The notes under the pieces are model-generated. The model saw only the letters and a program-made list of their open reading frames with translations. It made no database searches and was not told the origin of the DNA. Position numbers and translations under genes: made by a program. DNA of 63,629 nucleotides, filler included, from Sphacelaria rigidula (taxonomy: Eukaryota), in assembly GCA_964200075.2 (NCBI GenBank). It is 7 parts of 7 records of this genome, joined end to end, with 100 filler letters (N's around TTAATTAATTAA, not from the genome) between each part and the next. Parts side by side here need not be neighbours in the genome. Positions count along the whole stretch, not along the records: positions 54,627 to 63,629 come from CAXNAA020009543.1; 6 more parts are not named here. One strand, given 5' to 3'. Positions 63,315 through 63,629 of this stretch are shown piece by piece (within the stretch, counting starts at the first letter, position 1; each line of letters starts with the position of its first letter).

Positions 63315-63629
63315 TGTCAAGAACTTCATGCTGCATAACATATGTGAATCAATGTTCAGTAGCATCAAGCTATAGTACGGAGGCTTGTTCACTGAGTAAC
63401 AGGCGGGACATTATGCGGGGCAATAGGAAACGTTTGGAGTTGTTGTGCAGCCTTCGAGAATGCTGTGGTATGAAGGTTCCTGTGGAAAGATATCTTTGAC
63501 TAGTAGTCGCAGGTCAGTCAAGAACTCGCCAGATGAATAGATTCGGCGGTTGGATACGTCTTCTAGATTTGGCGGAGCATGCGACAGTGAGAATTCTCGA
63601 AAAAGATTCCTGAATATGGGAAGACCGAT
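63315..63629 (+). repeat. 3' LTR (partial)
   Basis: Direct repeat of 56210-~56530. Confidence 0.95.

Larger units (their letters stand above)
56210..63629 (+). mobile_element. Ty1/copia LTR retrotransposon, decayed; 3' LTR runs off the window
   Basis: 5' LTR, PBS, gag, protease (WLMDSGATGH), RT (WVYKVK, YKGRLV, QLDVQTAFL, YGLRQSP, LYVDDVL), RNase H (HIDN, RTKHVALRYFFIRE, ADIGTK), PPT and 3' LTR, in copia domain order. Confidence 0.97.

Overview
Intron-rich eukaryotic genomic DNA, most likely from a brown alga (inferred from the gene families, intron style and repeat landscape). It is not one locus. It is seven unrelated contigs of 9005, 9005, 9005, 9004, 9004, 9003 and 9003 bp joined by artificial 100-nt N44-TTAATTAATTAA-N44 spacers, so adjacency across gaps carries no meaning. 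Spliced gene fragments I could reconstruct: a Miro GTPase (contig 1, minus), a small SAM methyltransferase (contig 2, minus), IRE1 (contig 3, plus), a SET-domain gene with an in-frame stop and a DNAJC21/Jjj1-like C2H2 protein (contig 4), a secreted beta-helix/adhesin-like gene (contig 5) and a soluble adenylyl cyclase-like gene (contig 6). Contig 7 is a decayed Ty1/copia element carrying three nested DNA-transposon insertions. tRNA-headed SINEs, LINE relics and several MITE families fill the rest. The best candidates for something new are (i) a degenerate methyltransferase-like + SET ORF lying just inside a TA-flanked TIR of the same family as the element nested in the copia, which suggests a chromatin-modifier cargo transposon, and (ii) a TGT..ACA Ginger-like MITE that carries telomeric repeats and inserted twice into the same copia. 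All calls are by eye; no searches were run.
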